Shown here: positions 36,773 to 46,458 of the stretch, in pieces
How positions within the stretch are numbered: position 1 is the stretch's first letter
Layout: each line of letters opens with the position of its first letter
Assembly: GCA_030432405.1 (NCBI GenBank)
Contig: JAUIHG010000001.1
Span: forward strand, 5,908-69,907
Origin: Bacteroidia bacterium
Lineage (GTDB): Bacteria > Bacteroidota > Bacteroidia > Chitinophagales > BACL12
Length of the DNA stretch: 64,000 bases
Direction of reading: 5' to 3'
Position numbers and translations under genes: made by a program
Notes under the pieces: model-generated
The model's database searches: none
What the model was told of the DNA's origin: nothing
The model's input: the letters and a program-made list of their open reading frames with translations, nothing else

Positions 36773-39700
36773 TTACTCCGGCACCACCACCTCCTGCTCT
36801 AGCCCCAGCGCGGCGGACATGCCGTTGAGGATGCCGAAGGCTTGCTCCATGGAGCGGACGTTCTCGAAGCTGAGCTGCAGGCGGCCGCGGGCTTCCTTCA
36901 TGCGGCATTGGCCGGGATGCGACTGCACGTAGCGGATCAGGTTGCCGAAGAGCTTGCTCTCGTAATATGCGCTCTCCTGATTCTCGACAAAATAGCAGCG
37001 GAGCTTGCCTTGCTTGAAAATAATGCGCTCGAAGCCGAGCGAAACCGCCAGCCAACGCAAGCGCACGCCGTTGAACAGTTCCTCAACCTGACGCGGAATC
37101 GGGCCAAAGCGGTCCTCCAGTTTGGTGCGGAATTCGCCAAGGGCGGCCTCATCCGGAACATTGTCCAATTGCGTGTAAAGGCTCAGGCGCTCGTTGATGG
37201 CGTTGACGTAATTGTCCGGGATGAGCATCTCCACGTCGGTGTCGATCTGGCAATCGGTGACGTAGGCCTGCTTGCGCTCCAGCTCCTCGGCAAAGAGGTC
37301 CTTGAAATCGGTGGCCTTGAGGTCGGCGATGGCCTCGTCGAGGATCTTGTGATACATCTCAAAACCGACTTCGGCCAAAAAGCCGCTTTGCTCCCCGCCC
37401 AACAGATTGCCCGCACCGCGGATGTCCATGTCGCGCATGGCAATCTGGAAACCGCTGCCGAGGGCGGCGAACTCTTCGATCGTGCGCAGGCGCTTGCGGC
37501 TGTCTGAGGAAAGCGAATGCAGCGGCGGCGCAAAAAGGTAGCAGAAGGCCTTTTTGTTGGAGCGGCCCACCCGGCCGCGCAGCTGGTGCAGGTCGCTGAG
37601 GCCAAAGTTCTGCGCGTTGTGGATGATGATCGTGTTGGCGTTGGGGATGTCCAGACCGCTTTCCACGATGTTGGTACAGACCAGGATGTCGAACTGGCGG
37701 TTGATGAACTTGAGCATGCGCTCTTCCAGCACATGGCCTTCCAACTGTCCGTGTGCGATGCCCACATCCATGTCGGGCACCATGTTTTTGATCATGCCCG
37801 CGATCTGCTCGATGTCCTTGACCCTGTTGTGCACGAAATACACCTGGCCGCCGCGGTAGACTTCGTATTGGATGGCCTCGCGGATCAACTCCGGATCAAA
37901 GGGCTTGAGTTCGGTGTGGATCGGCTGGCGGTTGGGCGGCGGCGTATTGATGACGCTCAAATCGCGGGCCCCCATCAAAGAGAATTTGAGCGTTCGCGGA
38001 ATGGGCGTAGCCGTCAGCGTCAGCGAATCGACGTTGGCCTTGATTTTTTTGAGTTTGTCCTTGACCGCCACGCCGAATTTTTGCTCTTCGTCCACCACGA
38101 GCAGGCCCAGTTCCTTGAACTCGACCGCTTTGCCCACGATGGCGTGCGTGCCGATGAGGATGTCGGTTTCGCCGGAGGCGACCCGCGACAGCGTTTCTTT
38201 TTTCTTTTTCCCGGTCACAAAACGATTGAGCACTTCCACCTTGCAGGGGAAATCCGCCAGGCGGTCCTCGAAGGTTTTGTGGTGCTGCATGGCCAGGATG
38301 GTGGTGGGCACGAGCACGGCCACCTGCTTGGAATCCGCCACCGCCTTGAAGGCCGCGCGGATGGCCACTTCGGTTTTGCCAAAGCCCACATCGCCGCAGA
38401 CCAGGCGGTCCATCGGGCTGGAGGCCTCCATGTCGCGCTTGACGTCGTCGGTGGCCTTTTCCTGGTCCGGCGTGTCCTCGTAAATGAAACTGGCCTCCAG
38501 CTCGGTCTGCATGTAGCTGTCCGGTGAAAACGCAAATCCAACGGAGGCCTTGCGCTTGGCGTAGAGTTGGATGAGGTCTCGCGCAATGTCCTTGACCTTC
38601 TTGCGCGTGCGGCGCTTGAGGTTCTCCCAGGCGTCGCTGCCAAGCTTGTTGATTTTTGGCTCCTGCCCTTCCTTGCCGCTGAACTTGGCAATCTTGTGCA
38701 GGCTGTTGATCGGGACGTAGAGCAGGTCGTTGTCCCGATATACGAGGCGCACCGCTTCCTGCGGTTGTCCGTTGACGTCGATTTTTTCGAGGCCCGAGTA
38801 CTTGCCCACGCCGTGGTCGATGTGGGTCACGAAATCGCCGGGCCGCAATTCCCGGATGGCCTTCAGCGTCAGCGCTTCGGAGCGCGAATAGCCCCGGCGC
38901 ACGGCGTATTTGTGGTAACGCTCAAAGACCTGGTGGTCGGTGTAGGCAGCAATGCCTGCACCCCGATCGATAAACCCCGCGCTCAGCGGCGCGGCCACCG
39001 GCTGGTAATCGACGTAGTTGGTTTTGGAACGCACGGTCCGCTTGGCGCGCATCGGGCCGGAGGCCTCAGAAGGCACCTTGGCTTGGCTGCGTTCTTCATC
39101 GCGGAGGTCTTCGCCTTCCGGCGAAAACCCGCCCCGCAATTGGGCCTCCAAGCTGATGCCGCCCAGGTCGATGTCCTCCGGCAGGGATTCGGTGCGGCCC
39201 TTGTTTTCGGTTTTGGAGCCGGGTTTGGCACGGTCCGAAGCAGCACCGGGTCCGCCGGCAGCATCCGGAGCAATGCCCAATGCCTCGGCGTCCTGGGAAC
39301 CCGGCTCGGGCAGGGCACCCAAATCCGTGAAAATCTGGCGGAAGCGCTCGATCTGCCGGGCGTTGGAACAATAGAGGTAATTGTCCAGGCCTTCGTTGCT
39401 GTTGCGGCGCAGGTCCGCCAAAAGCAATTCGAAATTCTTGTTGAAGCTCGGCTGCGGTTCTGTATCAAAACGGACCTCCTCAGCATCCGGGAAACGCGAT
39501 TCCGGACCACACTCCAAGATGGGCAGTGTGGCCACATCCTCCAGCCATTCGGCCTGGGTGGTGAACAGGTCCTTGGCCTCGTAGCGGACCAGGGGATGCT
39601 GCTCGTCGGGTTTGGGCACCTTGCGCAGGGTTTCGGCCGCTTTGGTGGCTTTGTCCCAGCAGGTGCCCAGGCGCTCGGCCGCCAGACGGGCGTCGCGGAT

Positions 39701-40537
39701 CCAGAGCGTGGTGTTCGCCGGAAGGGCGGAAAGCAAATCCACTTTTTGCGCCTCGTCGAACTGCGTTTGCATGTTCGGCACGATGGTCACCCGCTCGATG
39801 CGGCGTGTGCTGAGTTGGCTTTCCGGATCAAAAATGCGGATGCTCTCCACCTCGTCGCCAAACAACTCGATGCGGTAGGGCAACTCGTTGCCGTAACTGA
39901 AAATGTCCACGATGCCGCCACGCACGGAAAAGTGGCCGGGCTCGTAGACAAAATCCACCGGCTTGAAGCCGTTTTCGACCAAAACGTCGAGAATGAATTC
40001 CGTATCCAGCGGCTCGCCCTTGGTGATGAACAGCGTGCGTGCTTCCAGCGCCTTGGGCGGCACGATGCGCTCGAACAGCGCCTCGGGATAGGTCACGATC
40101 AGCTCGCGGCGGGCGGCCCCCGGTTTGCCGCCACTCAACGCCGCATTGGACAGGCGGTTGACCGCCTCCGTTCGGAGCAGCACGTTGTGGGCGTTGACCT
40201 CGTCGTAGCGCGCCGGCTGCTTGAACGAATCGGGAATGAACAGCAGGTCCTTGCGGTCCAGCAAGGCCTGCAGGTCGTTGAGGAAATACGCCGCTTCCTC
40301 TTTGTCGTCCAGCACAAAAAGGTGGTGGCCGGCCTGGCCACAGGCGGGCTCGTGGTGCTTGATCATGGCCGCTGCCGCAACGGCTATGGCCGAACCAGTT
40401 CCGCCCGCCAGGTGGATCCGGGCGGGTTCATCGGGTTTGGCGTCGGGGCCTTTTGCCGCGGCCGACGCGAGCATTTCGGCTGCCCGCCGAAGCCGCTTGT
40501 CGTCGCGGTACCGGTCGAGCATGGAGGGCTTGTCCAT
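36773..40537 (-). CDS. mfd: Transcription-repair coupling factor
   Basis: RGGIVDIF, VTHIDHGVG (CarD/RID), MDRLVCGDVGFGKTEVA, DEEQKFG, TATPIPRT, QLRGRVGR, TRCF C-domain. Confidence 0.98.
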   Translation of the reverse strand: MDKPSMLDRYRDDKRLRRAAEMLASAAAKGPDAKPDEPARIHLAGGTGSAIAVAAAAMIKHHEPACGQAGHHLFVLDDKEEAAYFLNDLQALLDRKDLLFIPDSFKQPARYDEVNAHNVLLRTEAVNRLSNAALSGGKPGAARRELIVTYPEALFERIVPPKALEARTLFITKGEPLDTEFILDVLVENGFKPVDFVYEPGHFSVRGGIVDIFSYGNELPYRIELFGDEVESIRIFDPESQLSTRRIERVTIVPNMQTQFDEAQKVDLLSALPANTTLWIRDARLAAERLGTCWDKATKAAETLRKVPKPDEQHPLVRYEAKDLFTTQAEWLEDVATLPILECGPESRFPDAEEVRFDTEPQPSFNKNFELLLADLRRNSNEGLDNYLYCSNARQIERFRQIFTDLGALPEPGSQDAEALGIAPDAAGGPGAASDRAKPGSKTENKGRTESLPEDIDLGGISLEAQLRGGFSPEGEDLRDEERSQAKVPSEASGPMRAKRTVRSKTNYVDYQPVAAPLSAGFIDRGAGIAAYTDHQVFERYHKYAVRRGYSRSEALTLKAIRELRPGDFVTHIDHGVGKYSGLEKIDVNGQPQEAVRLVYRDNDLLYVPINSLHKIAKFSGKEGQEPKINKLGSDAWENLKRRTRKKVKDIARDLIQLYAKRKASVGFAFSPDSYMQTELEASFIYEDTPDQEKATDDVKRDMEASSPMDRLVCGDVGFGKTEVAIRAAFKAVADSKQVAVLVPTTILAMQHHKTFEDRLADFPCKVEVLNRFVTGKKKKETLSRVASGETDILIGTHAIVGKAVEFKELGLLVVDEEQKFGVAVKDKLKKIKANVDSLTLTATPIPRTLKFSLMGARDLSVINTPPPNRQPIHTELKPFDPELIREAIQYEVYRGGQVYFVHNRVKDIEQIAGMIKNMVPDMDVGIAHGQLEGHVLEERMLKFINRQFDILVCTNIVESGLDIPNANTIIIHNAQNFGLSDLHQLRGRVGRSNKKAFCYLFAPPLHSLSSDSRKRLRTIEEFAALGSGFQIAMRDMDIRGAGNLLGGEQSGFLAEVGFEMYHKILDEAIADLKATDFKDLFAEELERKQAYVTDCQIDTDVEMLIPDNYVNAINERLSLYTQLDNVPDEAALGEFRTKLEDRFGPIPRQVEELFNGVRLRWLAVSLGFERIIFKQGKLRCYFVENQESAYYESKLFGNLIRYVQSHPGQCRMKEARGRLQLSFENVRSMEQAFGILNGMSAALGLEQEVVVPE

Positions 40538-40544
40538 CCGGCCG

Positions 40545-40552
40545 CAAAGATA
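40545..40552 (-). promoter_or_regulatory. -7 promoter element TATCTTTG of mfd
   Basis: Exact TAnnTTTG 7 nt before ATG 40537. Confidence 0.65.
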
Positions 40553-40599
40553 CGCCCGACATGGCTTCGGGCCATCTTGCGGCCGTACGCAAACACGGC

Positions 40600-41574
40600 C
40601 TATTGCTCCGGCGGATCCAACAATCCGATCTCCCGGGAATGCGCCAGGGCTTCAGTGCCGTTGCGGCAGCAGCAACAGGCCGTGCCTTGCGCTTCGATGC
40701 GCTTTTGGGCTGCCCGCGCCGCGGGCGAAGGCTCCCCCTTGATGGCGCGCAGGTACACCGCCTTGATGCGCCCCGGATGCTGCTCCACAAGCTCGGCGTA
40801 GAGCTCCGGGTCGCGCTGCGCGTCGTCGCCGAGCAATACAAAAGGGCGGTGCGGATAAAAGGCCAGCAGGTTGTCGATTTTGCTGGCCTTGTGGTCGTGG
40901 TCGCCTCCGCCCGTACCCAGAAAGTCCCGCAGGCTTGATTTGATTTTGCGCAGTTTGTACACCGCCTTCGGTAAACCCTGCAATTCCGAAAACTGATCGA
41001 TCAGGTTGTAGAGGTTCCACTCGCTGCTGGACACAAAAAACTGGGCATTCTGACCATTGGTGCGGCCTGCATCGCGCAGAGCGCGGTAATGCTCCACGGT
41101 GCCGGGGACGGCTTTTCGCTTGCCCACATTGCTGCCCAAAATCAAAAAGAGCTTTCGCCAGGTACTGGCGGAATGCGAAATCAAAAACGTGTCGTCGATA
41201 TCCGACACCAGGATCATGCCACCGGGTTCGGGCCACTGGAATTCGCCAAGGGCGGAAACGGTTTTCCCCCGGTGGCGCACCGTCACGTCCACCGGGTGCC
41301 AACCCGGCACCGGGTCGCGTCCGTGGTCCAATTCAAAACGGAAATAGCCGTCGGCCTCGGAATGCGTTTGTGCGGTTTCGCCCGCCCAGGACATAGTCAA
41401 ATCGGCGCCCTCCACGGTCTGCACGGTGAACAGGCGCAGCATGTTCAGCGCGTGGCGCAGCGGGCGGCGGTCCAGACGGATGCCTGCCGGCGAACGCTTC
41501 CCAAACACATGTCCCTCCAACACCAGCGTACGGTCGTTGGCATAGCCCCTGTATAGCTTGCAATGCATCGCCAT
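40600..41574 (-). CDS. App1 family phosphatidate phosphatase (DUF2183)
   Basis: SDIDDT (DxDxT), FVSSSEWNLY, HK, LLGDDAQRDPELY, YLR. Confidence 0.9.
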   Translation of the reverse strand: MAMHCKLYRGYANDRTLVLEGHVFGKRSPAGIRLDRRPLRHALNMLRLFTVQTVEGADLTMSWAGETAQTHSEADGYFRFELDHGRDPVPGWHPVDVTVRHRGKTVSALGEFQWPEPGGMILVSDIDDTFLISHSASTWRKLFLILGSNVGKRKAVPGTVEHYRALRDAGRTNGQNAQFFVSSSEWNLYNLIDQFSELQGLPKAVYKLRKIKSSLRDFLGTGGGDHDHKASKIDNLLAFYPHRPFVLLGDDAQRDPELYAELVEQHPGRIKAVYLRAIKGEPSPAARAAQKRIEAQGTACCCCRNGTEALAHSREIGLLDPPEQ

Positions 41575-41611
41575 CTTTACGCGCGGATCGTTTTCTTTTC
41601 AAATCTGCTTC

Positions 41612-42487
41612 ATGCCCAAAGAAACCATATTGGCCGTCGTCAACCCGATTGCCGGAGACGTGGACAAATCCCCAATGGTGGACCATATCGCCGAGCGCCT
41701 TTCCGGCGAACACCCCTTCGAGGTCTACGAAACCACCGGGGACGCCGACGGCGAGGCCATTGCGCAGTGCGTCCAGGAACACAACCCGGGGCGCATCCTG
41801 GTGCTGGGCGGAGACGGTACGGTCAAAACCGTGGTGGAGGCGCTCGGGGAAAACCGCATTCCGCTGGGCATCGTTCCCACCGGGTCGGCCAACGGTCTGG
41901 CCACGGACCTAAACCTGCCTGAAGGCTGGGAAGCCGCGGTGGACGTGGCGCTCAACGGGCGCGAACAGGCCCTGGACGTGTTGCAACTCAACGGCCACAT
42001 GGGGCTGCACATCAGCGACGTGGGCCTGAACGCCGAGCTGATCTGCGGCTACGAAGGCTCCAATTTCCGCGGCCTGTTCGGCTATGCGCTGCAAAGCGTG
42101 CCCACCCTGATCAAAAGCGCGGCCCCCTGGTCGTTTCGCCTGCAGGCGAACGGCAAAACCCGGGACTTTGAGGCCGTTATGGTGGCCTTTGCCAACAGCC
42201 GCCGCTTTGGCACCGGCGCGGTGGTCAACCCCATCGGCCAAATCGACGACGGCCAATTTGAGGTGCTGCTGTTCAAAAAACTAGACCCCGCACGCATCCT
42301 CGAAACCATCCGCAACCAGGCCCCCATCGAATCCGATTTCCTGGACATCGTGCAAACCGACCAGGCTGTGCTCACCATGGAGCACCCCATCGCCTTTCAG
42401 GTGGATGGAGAGTTTCTCGGCGAAACGCGACGCGTAGAGGTGGGCATCGCGCCAAGGCGTGCGGTGGTGGTGGTGCCGAACGCGTAA
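41612..42487 (+). CDS. Diacylglycerol/lipid kinase family protein
   Basis: VNPIAG, GGDGT, PTGSANGLA, NSRRFG, DDG, QVDGE. Confidence 0.92.
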   Translation: MPKETILAVVNPIAGDVDKSPMVDHIAERLSGEHPFEVYETTGDADGEAIAQCVQEHNPGRILVLGGDGTVKTVVEALGENRIPLGIVPTGSANGLATDLNLPEGWEAAVDVALNGREQALDVLQLNGHMGLHISDVGLNAELICGYEGSNFRGLFGYALQSVPTLIKSAAPWSFRLQANGKTRDFEAVMVAFANSRRFGTGAVVNPIGQIDDGQFEVLLFKKLDPARILETIRNQAPIESDFLDIVQTDQAVLTMEHPIAFQVDGEFLGETRRVEVGIAPRRAVVVVPNA

Positions 42488-42501
42488 ATCCGCTGGGGTG
42501 G

Positions 42502-43473
42502 CTAGGTGTTGTTTTCGCTTTTCAGCGAAGGCATAAACAACTCCCCCAGCATGCAGCGTGCGCTGCCTCCGCCGAGGGCTTCGATGGCGTCGAGTTTGGG
42601 CCGCAACACCCGGGTACGCGCTTCCAGCAGCTCCCGCTGCTCGGGCAACAGCGCAGACCAGGCTTGCGCGGAACAGACGGTGATGGCATCGGCATCACCC
42701 GATGCCGTGCCGGAAACAGCGCGCAACTCCAGCATGTTTCCGGCAAAGCGTTCCATTTGGCGGAGGGTGATGGGCAGGAGGGTTTTGCCGTTGTTTTCCA
42801 GGCGTTCGCGCAGGCGCGCACGGTCATCAGGAACCACCGCCTCCAGGCAAACCACCGCCACCTTGGAACCGGCATGCATCAACACGTTGGTGTGGTAGAT
42901 GGGCTTCCCGGCGGCGTCCACCGCGTCAAAAAGCACTGGGGTGTAGCCAAAGCCTTCGGCCCAGGCCGAAACGAGCCGCTCGTCCGTGCGTGGACTGCGG
43001 CAGGCATAAACCACGCGCGCGGCGCGGTCCAGGACCAGCGAACCGGTCCCTTCCAAATACCGGCCCTCGGCCTCCTGGCCCGACCAGTCGAGCACCGATC
43101 CCATGCGCAGGCCCAGTGCTTCGGCCGCACCTTCAAGAGCTTCGATCCGCCGTTCCGTGCGCCGCAACGGCGACTGCATGGGATACAGGACCACCGTGCC
43201 GTCGGCGTGCGTGCTGAACCAGTTGTTGGGAAACAGCGCGTCGGGACTGGGGCAACCGCCGGCATCGTCTATATATACACGAATGCCGGCGCTCCGCAAG
43301 GCCTGCGCAAAGGCCTCAAACTCTTCCGCCGCCTGGGCCTGCAACGCGGCATAGCGGCGCTGCTCCGGGCTGTCGTTTTGGAACGCATTGCTTTCGGCGG
43401 TTTCCGGGTTCGCGCCAAAGCGCGAAGGCCGGACCAGCAGGACGGTGTCGGTGAAAAAGCGGTCGCGGTGCAC
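42502..43473 (-). CDS. Amidinotransferase/CtlX-like guanidino hydrolase
   Basis: PDALFPNNWFS, LEGTGSLVLD, YHTNV, GGGSARCM. Confidence 0.88.
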   Translation of the reverse strand: MHRDRFFTDTVLLVRPSRFGANPETAESNAFQNDSPEQRRYAALQAQAAEEFEAFAQALRSAGIRVYIDDAGGCPSPDALFPNNWFSTHADGTVVLYPMQSPLRRTERRIEALEGAAEALGLRMGSVLDWSGQEAEGRYLEGTGSLVLDRAARVVYACRSPRTDERLVSAWAEGFGYTPVLFDAVDAAGKPIYHTNVLMHAGSKVAVVCLEAVVPDDRARLRERLENNGKTLLPITLRQMERFAGNMLELRAVSGTASGDADAITVCSAQAWSALLPEQRELLEARTRVLRPKLDAIEALGGGSARCMLGELFMPSLKSENNT

Positions 43474-43558
43474 GCCCCGAAACTAGGGCAGGGTAGCATA
43501 GGGCTTGTCCTTTGCCGGTGTCGTTCAGCGGACCACGGCGCACAACCGTAGCGGCACT

Positions 43559-44047
43559 TCAGGAAGCCGTCGGCCGAAGGCGGATCGTGTCCGGCTTGCC
43601 GAACAATTCTTCGAGTTTGACGGTGCGGTAATCGAAAATCTGTTTGACCCGCGGTTCAACGATGGCGTTCGCCAGCGGCGCAAAAGGACCGCCGTACAGG
43701 GCGTAGTGCAGGTCGTCTTCCATCCACACGCCGCCGTCTTTCTCGGTGAAGCGGTGCAGGTGGTGCCAAAGCTTGTAGGGGCCGAAACGCTGCTCGTCCA
43801 CGAAGTATTCGCGGTCCACGCAATGGGTGATTTCCGTGGTCCAGCTCATCGGGATGTTCCAGATCGGGCGCACACGGTAGCGGATCAGTTGCCCGGCGAA
43901 GGTCTTGCGGTCGGCCCCTTCCAGGATCTCGAAGCGCATGTCCGGGGGCGTGATTTTGGCCAGGTTGCGCGGCGAGGAAAAGAAGTCCCAGGCTTCGTCG
44001 AGGGACAGCGGCAGCCATTGGGTGGTGTACAGGCGGTAGAGCTTCAC
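43559..44047 (-). CDS. SRPBCC family protein (GTG start assumed)
   Basis: AWDFFSSPRNLAKITP, WTTEI, FVDEQRFGPYKLWHHLHRF, IFDYR. Confidence 0.9.
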   Translation of the reverse strand: MKLYRLYTTQWLPLSLDEAWDFFSSPRNLAKITPPDMRFEILEGADRKTFAGQLIRYRVRPIWNIPMSWTTEITHCVDREYFVDEQRFGPYKLWHHLHRFTEKDGGVWMEDDLHYALYGGPFAPLANAIVEPRVKQIFDYRTVKLEELFGKPDTIRLRPTAS

Positions 44048-44197
44048 GGGTGCGGGTTTGGCATACAAACAGCGCAGGGCGGGTCTGGTTCGCGGGCGGG
44101 GGTTTGCGAGTGGGCATCGGCTCTATGTGGAAGCCGGGCCAGCTCTGCCCTGCGGGCGAAAGCCCTCCGTCATCCGTTGGGTCACCATACCGTCACA

Positions 44198-44253
44198 AAC
44201 GGGCTTTTCCGTTGTAAAACGGGTTTTTTAGTTGATCAACGGATAATTCCGTT
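44198..44253. promoter_or_regulatory. Three tandem 16-bp AAC-N10-GTT boxes (putative BlaI operators)
   Basis: AACGGGCTTTTCCGTT, AACGGGTTTTTTAGTT, AACGGATAATTCCGTT at exact 20-bp spacing, abutting TAGCTTTG (44255-44262). Confidence 0.7.
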
Positions 44254-44347
44254 ATAGCTTTGGCGTTGTGGATGGGCATTCGCCGGACAGGCGGACCGGC
44301 CCAGAGGTTGGATCTCCGTTCCAGCTCCACTCAAGCAACCGCGCACC

Positions 44348-44764
44348 ATGCAACAACTCACCCGCACCGAAGAGGACATCATGCAACGGATCTGGGACCA
44401 CGGCCCGGTGTTCGTGCGCGAGCTCATTGAGGCCATGCCCGAGCCCAAGCCCAATTACAACACCATCTCCTCGGTGGTGCGCATCCTGGAGCAAAAGGGT
44501 TTTGTGGGGCACGAGGCCTTCGGCAAGAGCCATCGCTACCACGCCATTGTGCCCAAGTCCGCCTACCGGCGAAGAAGTTTCCGCCGCCTGTTGCAGGACT
44601 ACTTCGACGGGTCGCACGCGGCCATGCTGCAGTTTTTCAGCAAGGAAGAAGGCCTGGATGCGGCCGAGCTGCAGCGGATGCTGGAGGCCTTGCCGGAAGA
44701 GGATGGCGGTGCAGCCGACCGCAGCACGGATGCTTCCAACACCCCAAAATCGGACGCGCCATGA
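44348..44764 (+). CDS. BlaI/MecI/CopY family repressor
   Basis: LTRTEEDIMQRIW, PNYNTISSVVRILEQKGFV, YFDGS. Confidence 0.93.
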   Translation: MQQLTRTEEDIMQRIWDHGPVFVRELIEAMPEPKPNYNTISSVVRILEQKGFVGHEAFGKSHRYHAIVPKSAYRRRSFRRLLQDYFDGSHAAMLQFFSKEEGLDAAELQRMLEALPEEDGGAADRSTDASNTPKSDAP

Positions 44765-46281
44765 ATACCTTGACCGCTGTTATACAACCGGGTGCGGTAC
44801 CCGCCACCGCGCTCTGGCAAGGTCCCTGGACGGGCCAGATGCTCGACGCACTGCTGCGCAGCAGCCTGCTCTTGCTCGTGGCCTGGGCGGGCTACCGCTT
44901 CCTGTTGCGCGACACGCGCTGGTTCCGCCTCAACCGCGCCGTGCTGCTGGGCATCGTAGCCGCCACCGCACTGGTGCCCTGGCTGCCCCTGCGCAGCACC
45001 GCTACCGGGATCGCACGCTGGTTCCGGGCCGCACCGCAGGCCGCCGAACCGGTTTCCCCCGGCTTTGAGGCCCTGTTGACGGGTTTCATGTTGCCCACGG
45101 TGACGGCCTCGGTGGCCGATGCGCCCGGCTGGGGCCAGGTGCTCCTGCTGATCTGGGCGCTGGGCGTGGCGTTTTTTGCCGGGATGTTCTTGCGGGACCT
45201 GGGGCGGGTGTTCGCCCGCTTGCGGGCCACGCGACCGGCCATGCTGTTGGGGCAGCGCGTCCGCCTGGGACAGGACAACGACAGTTTCAGCTTTGGCCCG
45301 GCCGTGGTGATCGGCCGCCGCGACGCGGAGGATCCGGAGCGCTTGGCCGCCGTGCTGGCGCACGAACGCGCCCACAGCCGGCAGGGGCATTCGCTGGATG
45401 TGCTGATGGCCGAATTGCTGCGCGTGCTGCTGTGGTTTCACCCGGCCGCCTGGTGGCTGCGCGGGGACATTGCCGAAAACGCGGAATTCTTGGCGGACCG
45501 CGCAGCGGTGGAAGCCACCACGGCAGGCCCGCGTGATGCCGCAGCGGATGGGACCGCGGCAGATGGGACTGCACCGAGCGGGGCTCCGAGTACTGCCGCG
45601 CCGGATCACAACACCGCCCCCGGCCAGGCCGCCTTCGCGCGCGCGCTCAACAACAACCCCGCCCTGCCCTACGCCCGGCGGCTGATCGAACACCAATTGG
45701 CCAACCTGCAGGGCCATTCCCGTGCACCGCACGCTGCATCACAACACAGCCTGGTGCACGCTTTTCATCAACACCAACTCAAACGACGCATCGACATGCT
45801 CACACACACCAAAACACCCCGTGCCCGACTGCTGCGCTATGCGGCCGTCCTGACCATTGCTTCCACCGCCATTGTGGCCTGCGCCAGCGAAGCGGAACAG
45901 GACATCCAGGCCGACGCCCGGATGCATTCCGGTAACCACGCCACGCCCATGGATTCGATTTACATGGTCACCGATGATCCGGCCGAATTCCCCGGCGGCA
46001 TGGAGGCCATGATCGAATACCTGTCCGAAGAAATCACCTACCCCGCCGAAGCCAAAAAAGCCGGTGTGCAGGGCAAAACCTTTGTGCAATTTGTGGTGGA
46101 CCCCGATGGCCGCGTGGTCCGCACCAAAGTGGTCAAGGGCTTTTCCGATGCCTGCGACGCTGAAGCCCTGCGTGTGGTCGAGGCCATGCCCGACTGGCAA
46201 CCCGCCAAAATGAAAGGCGAATCGGTGGCCATGCAAATGACCCTGCCGATTGCTTTTGTGCTGCCGCCCAAAAGCGAATAA
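44761..46281 (+). CDS. M56 (BlaR1-like) metallopeptidase with C-terminal TonB domain
   Basis: TM helices, HERAH..QGHSLD, WFHP, EFLAD, LKRRIDML; FPGG...YP.EA...VQG..FVQFVV. Confidence 0.9.
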   Translation: MNTLTAVIQPGAVPATALWQGPWTGQMLDALLRSSLLLLVAWAGYRFLLRDTRWFRLNRAVLLGIVAATALVPWLPLRSTATGIARWFRAAPQAAEPVSPGFEALLTGFMLPTVTASVADAPGWGQVLLLIWALGVAFFAGMFLRDLGRVFARLRATRPAMLLGQRVRLGQDNDSFSFGPAVVIGRRDAEDPERLAAVLAHERAHSRQGHSLDVLMAELLRVLLWFHPAAWWLRGDIAENAEFLADRAAVEATTAGPRDAAADGTAADGTAPSGAPSTAAPDHNTAPGQAAFARALNNNPALPYARRLIEHQLANLQGHSRAPHAASQHSLVHAFHQHQLKRRIDMLTHTKTPRARLLRYAAVLTIASTAIVACASEAEQDIQADARMHSGNHATPMDSIYMVTDDPAEFPGGMEAMIEYLSEEITYPAEAKKAGVQGKTFVQFVVDPDGRVVRTKVVKGFSDACDAEALRVVEAMPDWQPAKMKGESVAMQMTLPIAFVLPPKSE

Positions 46282-46404
46282 ACCGGCCCGACTTTCCTAT
46301 CGGAAAGCCATACCGCGCACACGCGAAACACCACGATCGACGTACGCGATCCATCCCGGAAATCGCAGCGGATCTACCCGCTGCCGGACCGGCTGGAAAA
46401 GCGA

Positions 46405-46437
46405 AAACCCCGGCCCGCTTGCGCGGTGCCGGGGTTT
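46405..46437. terminator. Hairpin terminator between convergent genes
   Basis: AAACCCCGGC...GCCGGGGTTT inverted repeat. Confidence 0.6.
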
Positions 46438-46458
46438 CTTGTACGCTTTTGAATTGCG

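Noticed and set aside
39020..39316. Intein in Mfd
   Set aside because: No Cys/Ser start block, no His-Asn end and no LAGLIDADG motif; low complexity.
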